In this document: positions 9,135 to 20,500 of the stretch, in pieces | Layout of the letters: each line of letters starts with the position of its first letter | How positions within the stretch are numbered: position 1 is the stretch's first letter | Assembly (NCBI GenBank): GCA_963713045.1 | Contig: CAVQKE010000001.1 | Coordinates: forward strand, 672,001 to 736,000 | Direction: 5' to 3' | Length of the DNA stretch: 64,000 nt | Source of the DNA: an uncultured delta proteobacterium | Lineage (GTDB): Bacteria; Myxococcota; Myxococcia; Myxococcales; Myxococcaceae | Notes under the pieces: generated by a model | Told to the model about the DNA's origin: nothing | Seen by the model: the letters and a program-made list of their open reading frames with translations, nothing else | Databases searched by the model: none | Position numbers and translations under genes: made by a program

Positions 9135-10340
9135 CTACGCCGCGCGGGCGCTGATGCTGGTCGGTAGCCGACGCATGTCTTCGACGACGTTGCCCGCCAC
9201 GTTGGAGTCCAAGTCCATGACCAAATAGCCAATCGCCGCGTTGGTGGAGAGCACCTGGGCGTGGATGTTGGCGCCATGGTCGGAGACAATTCTGTTCAAG
9301 TCTCTCAACACGCCAGGCACGTTGTGGTGCACGTTGATGACTCGCCAGGTGCCCGGAGAGGGCGCGAGGTCGACCGGTGGAAAGTTGACCGACCCCAGCG
9401 TCGCTCCGGTATGCGCAAAGCGGGCCAGGCTTGCCGAGACTTCGCGGCCAATCGCCTCCTGGGCTTCGCGCGTCGAGCCCCCAATGTGCGGCGTCAGGAT
9501 GACGTTGGGCAGCCCCCGGAGCGGTGTCTGAAATCCCTCGGCGCTGTTCGCCTCGGGCTCGTCGGGAAAGACGTCAACCGCTGCCCCGTCCAATCGCTTC
9601 TCCCTCAGCGCCTGGGCCAAGGCCTCGAGGTCGACCACCGTGCCCCGGCTGGCGTTGATGAGGCAGGCCCCCTTCTTCATCTTGGACAGCTGTGCCGCCC
9701 CCATCATCCCTCGCGTTTGCGGCGTCTCCGGGACGTGGAGGGTGACGAAGTCGCTCTGCTGCAGAAGGACGTCGAGCGTCTTCACCGGCTGGGAATTGCC
9801 GAGTGGCAGCTTGGAGGTGATGTCGAGGTAGACCACCCTCATCCCCAAGTCCTCGGCCAGGATGGAGATTTGGCTGCCGATGTGCCCGTAGCCCACCACG
9901 CCCAGCGTCTTTCCCCGCACCTCGCGCGAGCCGGAGGCCATTTTTTTCCACACGCCCTGCTGCATCTCCATCGCGCGGTCGCCCAGGTGACGGGACAGCA
10001 TGACAATTTCGGCCAACACCATCTCCGCCACACTTCGGGTGTTGGAGAACGGGGCGTTGAAGACGGCCACCCCACGCTGGGTGGCGTAGTCCAACGCGAC
10101 CTGGTTGGTGCCAATGCAGAAGGCGCCCACCGCCAGCAGGGCGTCGGCGGCGTCGAGCACTTTCTTCGTCACCTGGGTTTTGCTCCGAATGCCCAGCACC
10201 TGGACGCCAGCGAGGCGGGCAGCCAGCTGGTCTTCCTTCAGCGCGGCGTCGACGCGCTGGACTTCAAACCCGTCGTCTTCCAGCAACTCGTCGGCGATGG
10301 GGTGAACCGACTCGAGGAGGAGAATCTTCAGTGCAGACAT
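9135..10340 (-). CDS. serA: D-3-phosphoglycerate dehydrogenase
   Basis: GIRSKT, FCIGTNQV, NAPFSNTRSVAE, GYGHIG, TPHIGGST; C-terminal ACT domain (HHNVPGVL). Confidence 0.96.
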   Translation of the reverse strand: MSALKILLLESVHPIADELLEDDGFEVQRVDAALKEDQLAARLAGVQVLGIRSKTQVTKKVLDAADALLAVGAFCIGTNQVALDYATQRGVAVFNAPFSNTRSVAEMVLAEIVMLSRHLGDRAMEMQQGVWKKMASGSREVRGKTLGVVGYGHIGSQISILAEDLGMRVVYLDITSKLPLGNSQPVKTLDVLLQQSDFVTLHVPETPQTRGMMGAAQLSKMKKGACLINASRGTVVDLEALAQALREKRLDGAAVDVFPDEPEANSAEGFQTPLRGLPNVILTPHIGGSTREAQEAIGREVSASLARFAHTGATLGSVNFPPVDLAPSPGTWRVINVHHNVPGVLRDLNRIVSDHGANIHAQVLSTNAAIGYLVMDLDSNVAGNVVEDMRRLPTSISARAA

Positions 10341-10496
10341 GGGGCAGCCGCGCAGCCTACTGGAGAGGACCCGGGGCGTGCCGGCCCTTGGGCTTCAACC
10401 CAGGAAGCCCCCCTCAAGGACGCCATCGGCCGCCCTTGTTCCCCCCCCCGGGGTACGTCTTTTTTTTCGCGCTGTCGCCCACCCCCGACCGGGCCA

Positions 10497-10868
10497 CTAG
10501 TGCTTGGATTTCTTGGCAGCAGGCTTTCTCGCGGCGGCGGCCAGGCGATGGGCCTCCTTGGCAAGGGCGACCCAGTCGGCTTGGGGGTCGGTCATTTCAA
10601 TCCATCCCTTCATCATCCGGCCGGCGCTGGGGCTGAAGGGCTTGCCAACGCCCAGGGAGATGAGCGCGGCGAGCCGCCCTTCGGTCAATTTCAGGACGAA
10701 GCGGCCGTGGGAGGACATCCCAAAGGACTTCCCGTCGAGCAGAAGACCGCGCATCGCGCCCGACTTGCTCTGCATCAGCGAGAAGCCTGGCGTGCGGGCA
10801 AAGGCGTCGGCCGCTGGGGTGAAGCGGGGGTCAGCTTGAGGCTTCGCGAGCTTTTTTTGCTTGGACAT
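10497..10868 (-). CDS. Small basic TfoX-N/MmcQ-like protein
   Basis: GLLLDGKSFGM..GRFVLKL...GKPF.P..GRMMKGWI...W..LA.EA pattern. ATG at 10868 preceded by GGAG. Confidence 0.65.
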   Translation of the reverse strand: MSKQKKLAKPQADPRFTPAADAFARTPGFSLMQSKSGAMRGLLLDGKSFGMSSHGRFVLKLTEGRLAALISLGVGKPFSPSAGRMMKGWIEMTDPQADWVALAKEAHRLAAAARKPAAKKSKH

Positions 10869-10914
10869 GGGCGTTGGACTCCTTGTTTCAGCCGAGGCCA
10901 GTCTCTCGGCCCCG

Positions 10915-11436
10915 TCAGGGCGCCCTCTTCGCGTCGTCCTTCCGACTTCGGGGCCTTCCGTCATGGGCTCCTTGGGTGCGCTGCGGCACGTTGCTCCACC
11001 ACCGGCTCCACGGCAGCTCGCCTTGGCGTCCGGGGTTGAGCGGGTAATAAATCCGGTTTTTGGACTTGTCCGCCTCGCCGCCGGACAGCAGCAGCGCGTC
11101 GGTTTCCCCGTCGTTGATGAAGGTGTGACAGATGCCCGTCCCGGACGGAAACGCGGCGAAGTCCCCGGCCTTCATGTGGTGCAGCTCCCCGTCAATCCAC
11201 GCCTCAATTTCCCCTTGGATGACATAGACGAATTCCTCCTCGGCCGACTCGGCATGGGGATAGGAAGTCCGCTTCCCGGGTGGCACCCGGACCAGGTGGA
11301 TGCCGAGGCGCAGCAGTCCCGCCGCGCGGCCGATGGCGCGCCCGGGCGCCATGTCCTCATCGCTGTTGGGGTAGCGGTGACTTTTCTCCGGGACGTCCGC
11401 GGACGAGACAATGAATTGCGGTCGGCTGTGGCCCAT
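10915..11436 (-). CDS. Cupin domain protein
   Basis: VPPGKRTSYPHAESAEEEFVYVIQG and FPSGTGICHTFIN cupin motifs. Confidence 0.88.
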   Translation of the reverse strand: MGHSRPQFIVSSADVPEKSHRYPNSDEDMAPGRAIGRAAGLLRLGIHLVRVPPGKRTSYPHAESAEEEFVYVIQGEIEAWIDGELHHMKAGDFAAFPSGTGICHTFINDGETDALLLSGGEADKSKNRIYYPLNPGRQGELPWSRWWSNVPQRTQGAHDGRPRSRKDDAKRAP

Positions 11437-11583
11437 GCCGGACGAATAGCCCAGCCGCGGGTAGCCGTTCCACCCTCTCCGCCGCCAGGCGCCTGGGGCC
11501 GAGGCCGCCCCGGGGAAGCCGGCGCCCCCCCCACCCGTTGGCCTTGACACTTCCTTCCTCCGCAGAGTTTAGGAGGTGTCGGC

Positions 11584-12540
11584 ATGGCCCTTTCCCGAGC
11601 CTTCCCGCGCGCCAGCTGGGCGCTGCTTGCTTTCATCCTGGCCGTGGTGGCTTGGGGCGGCCTGGTGCGCGCCTCCCACAGCGGCGACGGCTGCGGCGCC
11701 AACTGGCCCACCTGCAACGGGGAGGTTTTCCCCAGCGCTCCGGCGCTGAAGACGCGGATTGAATTCACCCACCGGATGATGAGTGGGGCCAGCCTGCTGC
11801 TGGTGGCGGCTTGGGTGGCCTGGGCCTTTCGGCGCTTCCCGGACAACCGCTGGGTGCGGCGCGGGGCGCTGGCGACACTGGTTTTCTTGCTGATGGAGGC
11901 TCTCATCGGGGCCGGCCTGGTGCTGCTGCGGCTGGTGGGGGCGGACAGCTCCGTCACCCGGGTGGTGGGCATGGGCCTGCACCTCCTCAACACCTTCGCC
12001 CTGCTGGCGTCGCTGCTTCTCACCGGACTGTGGGCCAGTGGGACGGCCCGCCCCCGCTTTCGTCAGCAAAGCCCGGTGGGCGCCCTGGTGTGGGCCTCGC
12101 TGGGTGCCCTGGTGGTGCTGGGGGTGAGTGGCGCCATTGCCGCCTTGGGAGACACCCTTTTCCCGGCCCGCAGCCTTCACGAGGGCTTCCTTCAGGACGC
12201 CTCCCCCGGCGCCCACTTCCTGTTGCGCCTGCGCATTCTTCACCCGGTATTGGCCGCGCTCGGTGGAAGCCTGTTGTTGGCCACCGCGGCGGTGGTGGGG
12301 TTTTTGCGGCCCACCCGCGCGGCACGCCGGGCGGCGCTGGTGTTGGCCTTCGCCGTCTCGGCGCAGCTGCTGTTGGGCCTCGTCAACCTCGCTTTGTTGG
12401 CCCCGCTGCCACTGCAGCTGTTGCACCTGGTCCTCGCCGACGGCGTGTGGCTGTGCGTGGTGGCGCTGGGCGCGCAGGCGCTGGCGGAGGACGCGCCCCG
12501 GCTTCTGGCGGCGCAGCCGGCCCTGGCCAGCCGGCAGTGA
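11584..12540 (+). CDS. ctaA: Heme A synthase (COX15/CtaA family)
   Basis: SGDGCGANWPTCNG, IEFTHR, conserved His in LHL/LHP segments, about 8 TM; AGGAGG RBS upstream. Confidence 0.9.
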   Translation: MALSRAFPRASWALLAFILAVVAWGGLVRASHSGDGCGANWPTCNGEVFPSAPALKTRIEFTHRMMSGASLLLVAAWVAWAFRRFPDNRWVRRGALATLVFLLMEALIGAGLVLLRLVGADSSVTRVVGMGLHLLNTFALLASLLLTGLWASGTARPRFRQQSPVGALVWASLGALVVLGVSGAIAALGDTLFPARSLHEGFLQDASPGAHFLLRLRILHPVLAALGGSLLLATAAVVGFLRPTRAARRAALVLAFAVSAQLLLGLVNLALLAPLPLQLLHLVLADGVWLCVVALGAQALAEDAPRLLAAQPALASRQ

Positions 12541-12546
12541 CGGCTT

Positions 12547-13140
12547 TCAGTCCAGCGGCACGTCCAGAATGGGCGCGCCGTGCGCCTCCGGGGCTTCGTA
12601 GTGCCACCACTCCATGCGGTTTTTGCGGAAGCCCGCCTCCTCCATGGCGGTGCGCAACAGCGCGCGGCGGGCGGCCACCTGGGCATTGACCGGCGCGTCA
12701 TGGCGCGCCGTGGGCCCAAAGGTGTCAAACGGCGTCGGCATCTCCACCGGCGCGCCATCGGCGCGCACCAGCGTCACGTCCACCGCGGCCGCGCGGTTGT
12801 GGTGACTGCCGGAATGGGGGTCCGCCACATAGCCTCGGCGCGGGACGACGGCCCACATCGCCCACTGCACGGCCAGGGGCCGGTAACAGTCCCAAGCCTT
12901 CAGCCGGTAGCCTTTAGCCTCCACCGCCTGGGCAGCGCGGCGCAGACGCGCCGCCACCGGACGCAGCAGCAGGCAGCGCGCGTCCTTGGGGTAGAAGGCC
13001 TGTTGGAAGGCATTGTCCGCTTGCGCGTAGCGCAGCTCCACCAGCAGCCCCGGCACCGCCTGTTTGGCGTCCACCAAGTCCGGCACGGCCGCCGGCGGCG
13101 CCGAGAGCAGCAGCGCAAGCGCCAGGGCCGCCGTCCTCAC
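12547..13140 (-). CDS. ddpX: D-alanyl-D-alanine dipeptidase (M15D, VanX/DdpX family), exported
   Basis: [20 protein letters not shown] zinc motifs; signal peptide. Confidence 0.9.
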   Translation of the reverse strand: MRTAALALALLLSAPPAAVPDLVDAKQAVPGLLVELRYAQADNAFQQAFYPKDARCLLLRPVAARLRRAAQAVEAKGYRLKAWDCYRPLAVQWAMWAVVPRRGYVADPHSGSHHNRAAAVDVTLVRADGAPVEMPTPFDTFGPTARHDAPVNAQVAARRALLRTAMEEAGFRKNRMEWWHYEAPEAHGAPILDVPLD

Positions 13141-13823
13141 CGGGGGGCGTACCGCGTCACGTCCTGGACGCCGGCCTCGGCGAAGCCCTTCTGGCGGATG
13201 AGGCAGCTGTCGCAGCGGCCGCAGGCGCGGCCTTCGCTGTCTGCTTCATAGCAGCTGGTGGTCAGCGCATAGTCCACCCCCAACCGCAGCCCAGTGCGGA
13301 TGATGTCCGCCTTGGACAGCTGCAGCAGCGGGGCGTGAATGTGGAAGGCCTCTCCCTGGACGCCGGCCCGGGTGGCCAGGCTGGCCAGCCCTTCGAAGGC
13401 CTGAAGGAATTGCGGCCGACAGTCCGGGTAGCCGCTGTAGTCCACGGCATTCACCCCAATAAAAATGTCCCGCGCGCCCACCACTTCGGCCAACCCCAAG
13501 GCGAGGCTGAGGAAGACGGTGTTGCGGGCCGGCACGTAGGTGATGGGCACCCCGTGCGCCCTGTCGGCCTCCGGCCTGTCTTTGGGGACGGGGATGTCTG
13601 CCGTCAGGGCGGAGCCGCCGATGGCGCGCAAGTCCACCGCCACTTCCCGCACTTCTTGCACGCCCAAGGAAGCGGCCACCGCCCGCGCCTGGCGCAGCTC
13701 CACCGCATGGCGCTGGCCGTACTGCACCAGAAGACACACCGGGCGGTATCCCGCCTGCTGCGCCAGGGCGAGGCAGGTGGCGGAGTCCAGGCCGCCGGAC
13801 AGCAACACCACGGCGCGCTTCAC
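13137..13823 (-). CDS. queC: 7-cyano-7-deazaguanine synthase
   Basis: SGGLDS, YGQRH, TYVPARN, YPDCR, SCY...CGRCDSC. GTG start overlaps the upstream stop. Confidence 0.96.
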   Translation of the reverse strand: MKRAVVLLSGGLDSATCLALAQQAGYRPVCLLVQYGQRHAVELRQARAVAASLGVQEVREVAVDLRAIGGSALTADIPVPKDRPEADRAHGVPITYVPARNTVFLSLALGLAEVVGARDIFIGVNAVDYSGYPDCRPQFLQAFEGLASLATRAGVQGEAFHIHAPLLQLSKADIIRTGLRLGVDYALTTSCYEADSEGRACGRCDSCLIRQKGFAEAGVQDVTRYAPR

Positions 13824-14464
13824 GGGACGGAGGACTGTCCTTGGCCCACCAGGCCGAAGGTGACGGCGCAGTCGGGAGGCGCCGGCATGGCGCAGCCGCC
13901 GTCGGTGTAGGGCACCACCAAGTCCAACAGCAGGCCACAGGCCGGGCTGAATTGCGTCTGCCACACGCCGCCCAGTTGGGTGGGAGGGGGGCCGCTGGGG
14001 ATGCCTCCCTGGCAGCCGCCGTCCAGGCTGGCGTACAGGGTGAGGCTGATGATTTCCGTCACCTGGGCAAAGCAGCCCGCGTCCTGGGACGGCTGGTTGG
14101 CGAGGACGAAGAAGCGCTGGGCCACGGCTTGCGTCACCGCGGTTTGTCCGTCAAAGGTGCCGTCGGAAGTGGCGCTCTGGCTGCCGGAGGCATAGCTGAT
14201 GTAGCCGGCGTCGTCGGGCCCCATGGACACCACCAACACCGTACTGCCGCCGTCCGGATAGCCGCCGTCCTGGCACGGGCCAGGCGAGCCATTCTCCGGG
14301 CAGAAGCCGGGCAACATGGAGAAGGAGGTACAGCTGTTGCTGCGGGGGATGAGGGCGGTGTTGAAGCTGCCCACCAGCTGGCCCGGGTAAACGATGTTGC
14401 TGGTGCAAGCCACCCCCACCAGGGCGAGGAGGGCAGCGAGGAAAGCGAAGTTACGGCGCGACAT
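13820..14464 (-). CDS. Cys-rich hypothetical lipoprotein
   Basis: Lipobox GVAC after [16 protein letters not shown]. Multiple Cys and repeated DGG/DAG tripeptides, as often seen in myxobacterial lipoproteins. Confidence 0.7.
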   Translation of the reverse strand: MSRRNFAFLAALLALVGVACTSNIVYPGQLVGSFNTALIPRSNSCTSFSMLPGFCPENGSPGPCQDGGYPDGGSTVLVVSMGPDDAGYISYASGSQSATSDGTFDGQTAVTQAVAQRFFVLANQPSQDAGCFAQVTEIISLTLYASLDGGCQGGIPSGPPPTQLGGVWQTQFSPACGLLLDLVVPYTDGGCAMPAPPDCAVTFGLVGQGQSSVP

Positions 14465-14506
14465 GGGCCCTCGCGGACGGGTTTCCCTCTTCCGCAGTTG
14501 GAGACT

Positions 14507-17500
14507 CTACACGAGGGCCAGGGCGCGCTGGACGACGGCGTGGAAGGCCGCGCTGTTGGCCAGCACTGCAGCGACGTCCACGCTGGCCACATCCGCGCCG
14601 CGCACCTCGGCTTCCAGAAACAGCACCACCCGCGCCGCGGCGCGTGGCACCGGAACGGCCAGGAAGGCCGCCGGCGCCACCCGGGCGACGGCGGGAACGC
14701 TGCCCGGGGAAGCCAGCTCCACGCCTTCGTCCCCCAGCAGGAGCGCCAATGCCACCAGGAAGGTCATCTCGACCGGCCCGAAGTAGGACAGCGCGCCGGC
14801 GCCCAGCACCAGCGTCTCCGGGCCAGCCAGCCAGGCCTCCGGGCCGCCGGCCGGGTCCAAGTAGACGAGGACTTCCGGCGCGCCCAGGGAAGACAGCGAC
14901 TGACTTAAGGCGGCATGCAGGCGGGGCATGGACGCCGCCTCCACTGCCACTGCGCCCGACGGCAGCGGCCGGGTGCGGACGGCGCGGGGACGGGACAGCC
15001 GGACTGCCGCCGCTGCCGAAGCGTCGGCCAATGGCAACTCGCCGGAGGCAGCGCGGGCGAAGTCCTCAAAGCGCCCCGACTCCACCGGACGCCCCGTCCG
15101 GCGCAGCGCCTCGGCGTAGGCCATCCATCCCGGCGCATCCGGCAGCCCGTCGGCCAGCAGCGACGGCCAGAGGTTGGCGGCGACGCCGGCCCCCGTCTCG
15201 GTGTTGGAGAGGCGCTCGGCCACCTCCCTGCGGGAGGCCAGTGGCACCTCGGCTTCGACGCCGGTCAATAGGTGGGCCGCCCGTTCCAGAAGCCCCGCCT
15301 GCAGCGCGTGCAGGCCGAGTTCTGCGCGCTCGGCCGGCGACTGCACCAGCTGCTCGCGGAGGGCGAAGGCCTCATCGGCGCGGCCCAGCGCTTCGGCCAG
15401 CTGCGCGCGCTGCTCCAACAGTGTGGGCGTGGCGGCTAGCCCTGCCAGGACGCTGGCCGCCTCCTCCAGCCGTCCCAAGTGCGCGTAGGCCGAAGCCAGC
15501 CGGCGCGGCACCTCCTGCGGCGCCTGCGGGGCCAGCGCCAGCAGGCGCTCGGCCAACGCGACGAAGTGTGCCGCGTCGTCGGCCTCGGAGGTGAGGGCCA
15601 GCAGCTTTTGAAGCGGCGCAGGCTGCTCAGCGTCTTCGTTGACGGCTTGCTGGTAGGCCGACTGCGCCTTCTCGGTTTGGCCAAGGTGCAGAAATAGGTC
15701 CCCCAGCTGGCTATGCAGGGCCGCGCGCTGGGGCGCCTCGGCCGTCGCCTCCGCCCAGCTGGCGAGGGCCTGCACCGCGTCCTCCAGCCGGTTGTCATCG
15801 CGCGCCCGTTGAAAGAGTTCCTGCCACAGCGGGGCGGAACGCCCCGGGACGCGGGCCGCGAGGCTGCGCAGGGCGCGCTCGCGCTCCGTGCCCCGCCTTC
15901 CCCGCGCATAGGAAACCAGCGCGTCCACCAGCGCCGGCGGCGCGGCGTCGTCCAGCTGCTGCAGCACTTCGGCCAGCACGGCGTCCCCCTGGCCCAGGGC
16001 CACCAGGCGCGCCAGGGCTTCCACCCGCGGGCCGCCCTCCTCGTGCCGCGCGTCCTCCATGCTGACGGGCGCCAGCACCACCGCCCGGTACAGCGCTGAG
16101 GCCAGCTCGCGGGCCCGCACCGCCTCGCACAGGCGTGCGGCGCGCAGCCGTTCCTCCTGGCTGCCCTCCTCCAGGACAAGGGCCGCCAGCCGGCGCACCA
16201 CCGCGGCCTCCGGCGCCGTGCCCGCCACCCCCCACAGCGCCTCGCGCAGCCGCGCGCCGTCGTTCAACGCCTCAGCGACTTGTAGCGCCTCCCCGAAGGC
16301 GCCTTGGGCCAGCAGTGGCCCATAGCCGTGGAGGGCCGCCGCTTCGAGGGCGCCGACGGACAACAGCCGGCGCGCCCATTCGGACGGGCCGAGCGCTTCA
16401 GGGTGCGCCGTCGCCAGCTGCTCCAACAGGGCCCGCGCCCGAGGCAGCGCGCCGGCGGCCTGGTGGCTTTCGGCCGCTTCCAGGCGAAGGGCCACCGCCT
16501 CTGGCCCGGGGGTAAGTTGTGCCGCTTGCTCCAGTGCCGCCGCGGCCTCGGCCAACCCGCCGGTGGCCTTGGCCAGCCGGGCGTACAGCAGCAGCGCCGG
16601 CAAGCCGGCCTCGGCTGCCGCCGACGCCTTGGCGTAGAGGGCCGCCTGAGGCGTGTCCCCACCGCCCTCGGCCAACTGGGCGGCCTCGAGGAGGAGGGCA
16701 GCGCGGCCGGCCGTCGGCTGCAATTCGGCGCGCGCAGCGAGGGCCCGTGCGCGGGCCAGCGGTGCACCGGACAGCACCGGCTCGAGGAGTTCCAGCGCAC
16801 CGGCGTAGGCGTCGGAGGGTCCGGCGTCCACCACCGGCTGAAGCAGCGCGCGGATGCGCTCCGCCGCCTCCGGGCCGGAGAGGGTCCGGGCGGCTTCCAG
16901 GCGCAGGGCGGCGCTGCGCGCGTCCAACGGCAACAGTGCCACCAGCGCCTCCAACGTCCGGCCGAGGGCCTCCGTTTCGCCGCGCGCGCGCTCGGCCCGG
17001 GCCAGCGCTTCCCAGGCCTCGGTGTGGGAGGGCTGGGCTTTGACAGAAGCGCGCAGGTGGCCAAGGGCAGCGTCGGCGTCGCCCTGGGCGAAAGTCGCTT
17101 CGGCCGCCTGAAGCAAAAGCTGCGCGGCACGCGCGCCGCCGCTGGCTTGGGCAGCGCGCACCAACAGGCCGAGGCGTTCCTCGGCGCGCCCGGTGGCCAG
17201 CAGGGCGTCCAAGGCCCGGTCCACCACTTCCACGTCCGTCGGGCGCAGCTCCGCCAGGGGCAACAGCGCCGCCAGGGCCTGGGTGCCGTCCTCCACCAGG
17301 GCCGCCGCCCGCCGGTACAGGGCCTCGGCTTCATCCGGGCGGGCCCGGCGCGCCAGCAGCAGCGACGTCCGGAAGGCGCCTTGGGCGTCCTGCGCCTTGG
17401 CGTACACCTCCGCCAACAGCGACAGGGCCGTGCGGCCGGCGTCCGTCTCCGGCCCTTGGGCCACCACCTCCTCCAGCACCTCGGCCGCGTCCTTCAGGGC

Positions 17501-20500
17501 GCCACTGGCCACCGCGGCATGGCCCAGCCGCAGCTGAAGGCGCAGCCGCTGCGGCGTCGTCAGCGTGTCCGTTCCGGCCGCCAGCGCACGTCTGTCGTAG
17601 GGCTGCGCCGCCAGCGGGCCGCCCGCCTCCGCCGCCAGTTCCCCCCGGGCCAACAGCGCGGGGACGTCGTCGGCCCGCAGCCGCAACAGGGCGTCCCAGG
17701 CTTCGGCTGCCTGCAGGGGCTCGCCCGCAGTGGCCAAAAGGCCGCCGGCCTCGGCCAGCAGCGCCGGCGCTTCGGACGGCACGGCCTGCGCGCGCTGCAC
17801 CAGCAACTCAGCCAAGGCACGGGCGTCCTTGCCAACCCGGGCGCGGCGTGCGCGGAAGGCCGCGTCCGAATCCGGCGCATGGGCGAAGGCCCGGTCCTCG
17901 GCGGCCAGCGCGTCGCGCTCCAGCCCCGCCTGTCGGTAGGCCGCGGCCGCTTCCAGGTAGCTGGCCGCAGCTTCGCTTCCCGCTTGCCGCTCGGCGCGCG
18001 CCAGGTGCAGCGTGGCCAAGGCACGGCCGTCCTGGGTGGAGGCAAGCCAGGCCAGCTGGCGCTCGGCCGAAGGGGCCCGGAAGGGGTTGTCCCGAAGCAG
18101 CTGCGCGTCATACGGCGCGGCGTCGGCCAGACGGCCAGCGGCGGCCAACAAGTCGGCCAGGTCGCCCGTCAACTGGACGTCTCCTGGCCGCAGCGCATGG
18201 GCCCGGGACAGCGCTTCAAGGGCGGCCTCGCGGTTGCCGAGGCGGCCTTGGTACACCTCGGCCGCGCGGCGCAGCAGCTGGACCCGTGCTTCGGCGTCCC
18301 GCACGCTGCGCGCGGCGGATTCGAAGTAGCCCGCGACGTCCGCGGTGCGGCCGGCGCTTTCGAGGAGGGCCAGGAGGCGCGCCTCGGCGGCCGGGTGCCC
18401 GGGGGCCTCCTCCAGCGCCTCGCGCAGCAGGGCCTCGGCACGCGCGTCGTCGGTGAGGGCCTCGGCCTGCAGCTCGGCCAGGGCCACCAGCGCGTCCGCC
18501 CGCTGGGCCGGCCCCGGGTACAGGGGAAGGGCACGGGACAGCCACTCGGCCTGGGCGCGGACGTCCTCCCTGCCTGAGGCGAGGGCGGCGGCGCGGAGGG
18601 CGGTTTGGACACTGGGGTGCAATTCAAAGCTTCGGCGCAGCCCGGCCTCGGCGCCGAGGGCATCTCTGCGGCCCAGCAGCAACTCGGCCCGACGCGCTTC
18701 GGCTTGGGCCGCCGCTTCGGAGGCCCCTTGCTGCTGCAGCCGCTCGCCATAGGTGGCCAAGGCCCCGAGGGCTTCGTCGACGTGGCCCAATTCCTCGGCC
18801 ACCTGCGACAACTCCTGCAGCGCGGCCAGGGCGGCGTCCGACTCGCCTGCCTGGGCGGCCTCCTCCCACAGCCGGCGCAAGGTGGTCAGTAGCTCCGCGC
18901 TGCGTCCCGTTTGACGGAAGAGTTGGGCCTGGGCCCGGCGCGCGGCCCAGGGCTCCGGCATGGCGGAGGCGGCGGCCTCCAACAGGGTCCGGGCCAGCTC
19001 CGCGTCGGCCAATTCGGCGAAAGCCCGGCGGCCCAACTCCAACAGGCGCTCGCCCACCGCGCGGCTGGGGGTGCGCCCCTGCAGGGCGTTGGCCAACAGA
19101 AGAATCGACTCGCGGGGGTTCCGCGCTGCCGTCACCTCGGCCAGGCGCTCCACCGCGGCGGTACTTAAGGGCCGCTCACGGAGAAGCCCGCGCAGCGTCT
19201 CCTCCGCGGCGGGCAGGTCGCCGCTGGCGGCCTGGAGGTCCGCGTAGGCCAACAGCAATTCCTCGTCCCGGTCCGGCGTGTCTTCAAACGTCGCCCCGGC
19301 TGCCGCCGAGGAAAACAGCGGCAGCGCCTCGCCCCGGGCACCGGCGCGGTACAGGGCAAAGGCCAGCGTGCGCAACTCCTCGCCGGTGGCCGGAGACAGC
19401 TGCTGTGCGCGTCGGCGCAGGGCCAGCGCCTCGGCGTCCGCGCCGGCCGCGCTGGCGGCCCGCGCGGCCTTCTGCAGCAAGGCCGCCCCTTCCTCCGGAG
19501 GCAACAGCGAGGCGGCTTCGCGGGCCGTCTCGGCGGCTTCCGCCCAAGCGCCCCGCTGCACCAACAAGCCCACCAAAAGGCTGCGCACCTGGGCCTGGCG
19601 TGGGTCGAGTTGCGCCGCGCGGCGAAGCGCCGCTTCGGCCGGCCCGAGGCTGCCCAGCTTTTCCAGGTACAGGGCGCCCAACTCCGCCGACAGCCGCGCC
19701 GCCTCGGCCGCTGCGGCGTGGGGAATGCGGGCGGCCAGAAGCTCGGCCACGGCGGCCCAGTCCCCGGCGCGTTCCAGCAGTGTCCGCAGCCGGGAGGCGG
19801 CTGCCAACTGGCGCGGCTCCAACGCCAGGACACGTTCCAGACTGTCGGCCGCGGTGGCTGCGTCCTGGGCGGCTTCGGCCAACTCCGCCCGCCGGAGGAG
19901 GGCTTGGACACGCGCTTCGACGGGCCCCTGGGCCGCGGCCGAGAGGAGGGAGGCGGTGGCGGCTGCGGCGTCCCCTTGGGCGAAGGCCGCCTCGGCAGCG
20001 CCCAGGTGCGCGGCGGAGAGGCTGGCCGCCTCTGGCGCCGCTTGCGCGGCCAGGGCATAGGCGGAGGCCGCCGCCGCGGCCTCGCCACCCTGCAGCAGCG
20101 CGCGGCCGAGGTCCAACAGGCGCGGGGCGGCCAGGGCAGACAGGCCCGGCGCCGCGCCCAGCGCCGCCTGCCAAGCGGCCAACTCGCCCGGGGCATCGTC
20201 CTCGGCCCGCGCCAACTCTGCCACCTCTTGCCAGACGGGGCCCGGCAGCTCCGCCTCCGGGGCAGCGCGCGCCAACGCGGTGCGCGCCTCGGCAAGTCTT
20301 CCCAGGGCCCGGAGCAGGCGGGCCCGCTCGAGGAGATGCACGCTGCGGGCGTTGCCGGAGGTGGAGGCTGCCAACAGCGAGCGCAGCGCGAGGGCTTCCT
20401 CGCGCGCCGCAGCGTCGTCGCCCAGAAGCCCGAGCAGCGCCTCGGCCGCCCAGCGGTCGCCCCGGTCCTTCTCGAGGAGGCTGCGCAGCACCGGGACGGC

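Noticed and set aside
12547..13140. VanX-type vancomycin resistance cluster
   Set aside because: Lone exported D-Ala-D-Ala dipeptidase without vanH/vanA/vanRS.
13137..13823. QueC as part of an anti-phage system (QatC/Cap9-like)
   Set aside because: Canonical length and motifs of housekeeping QueC, with no defence-type neighbours.
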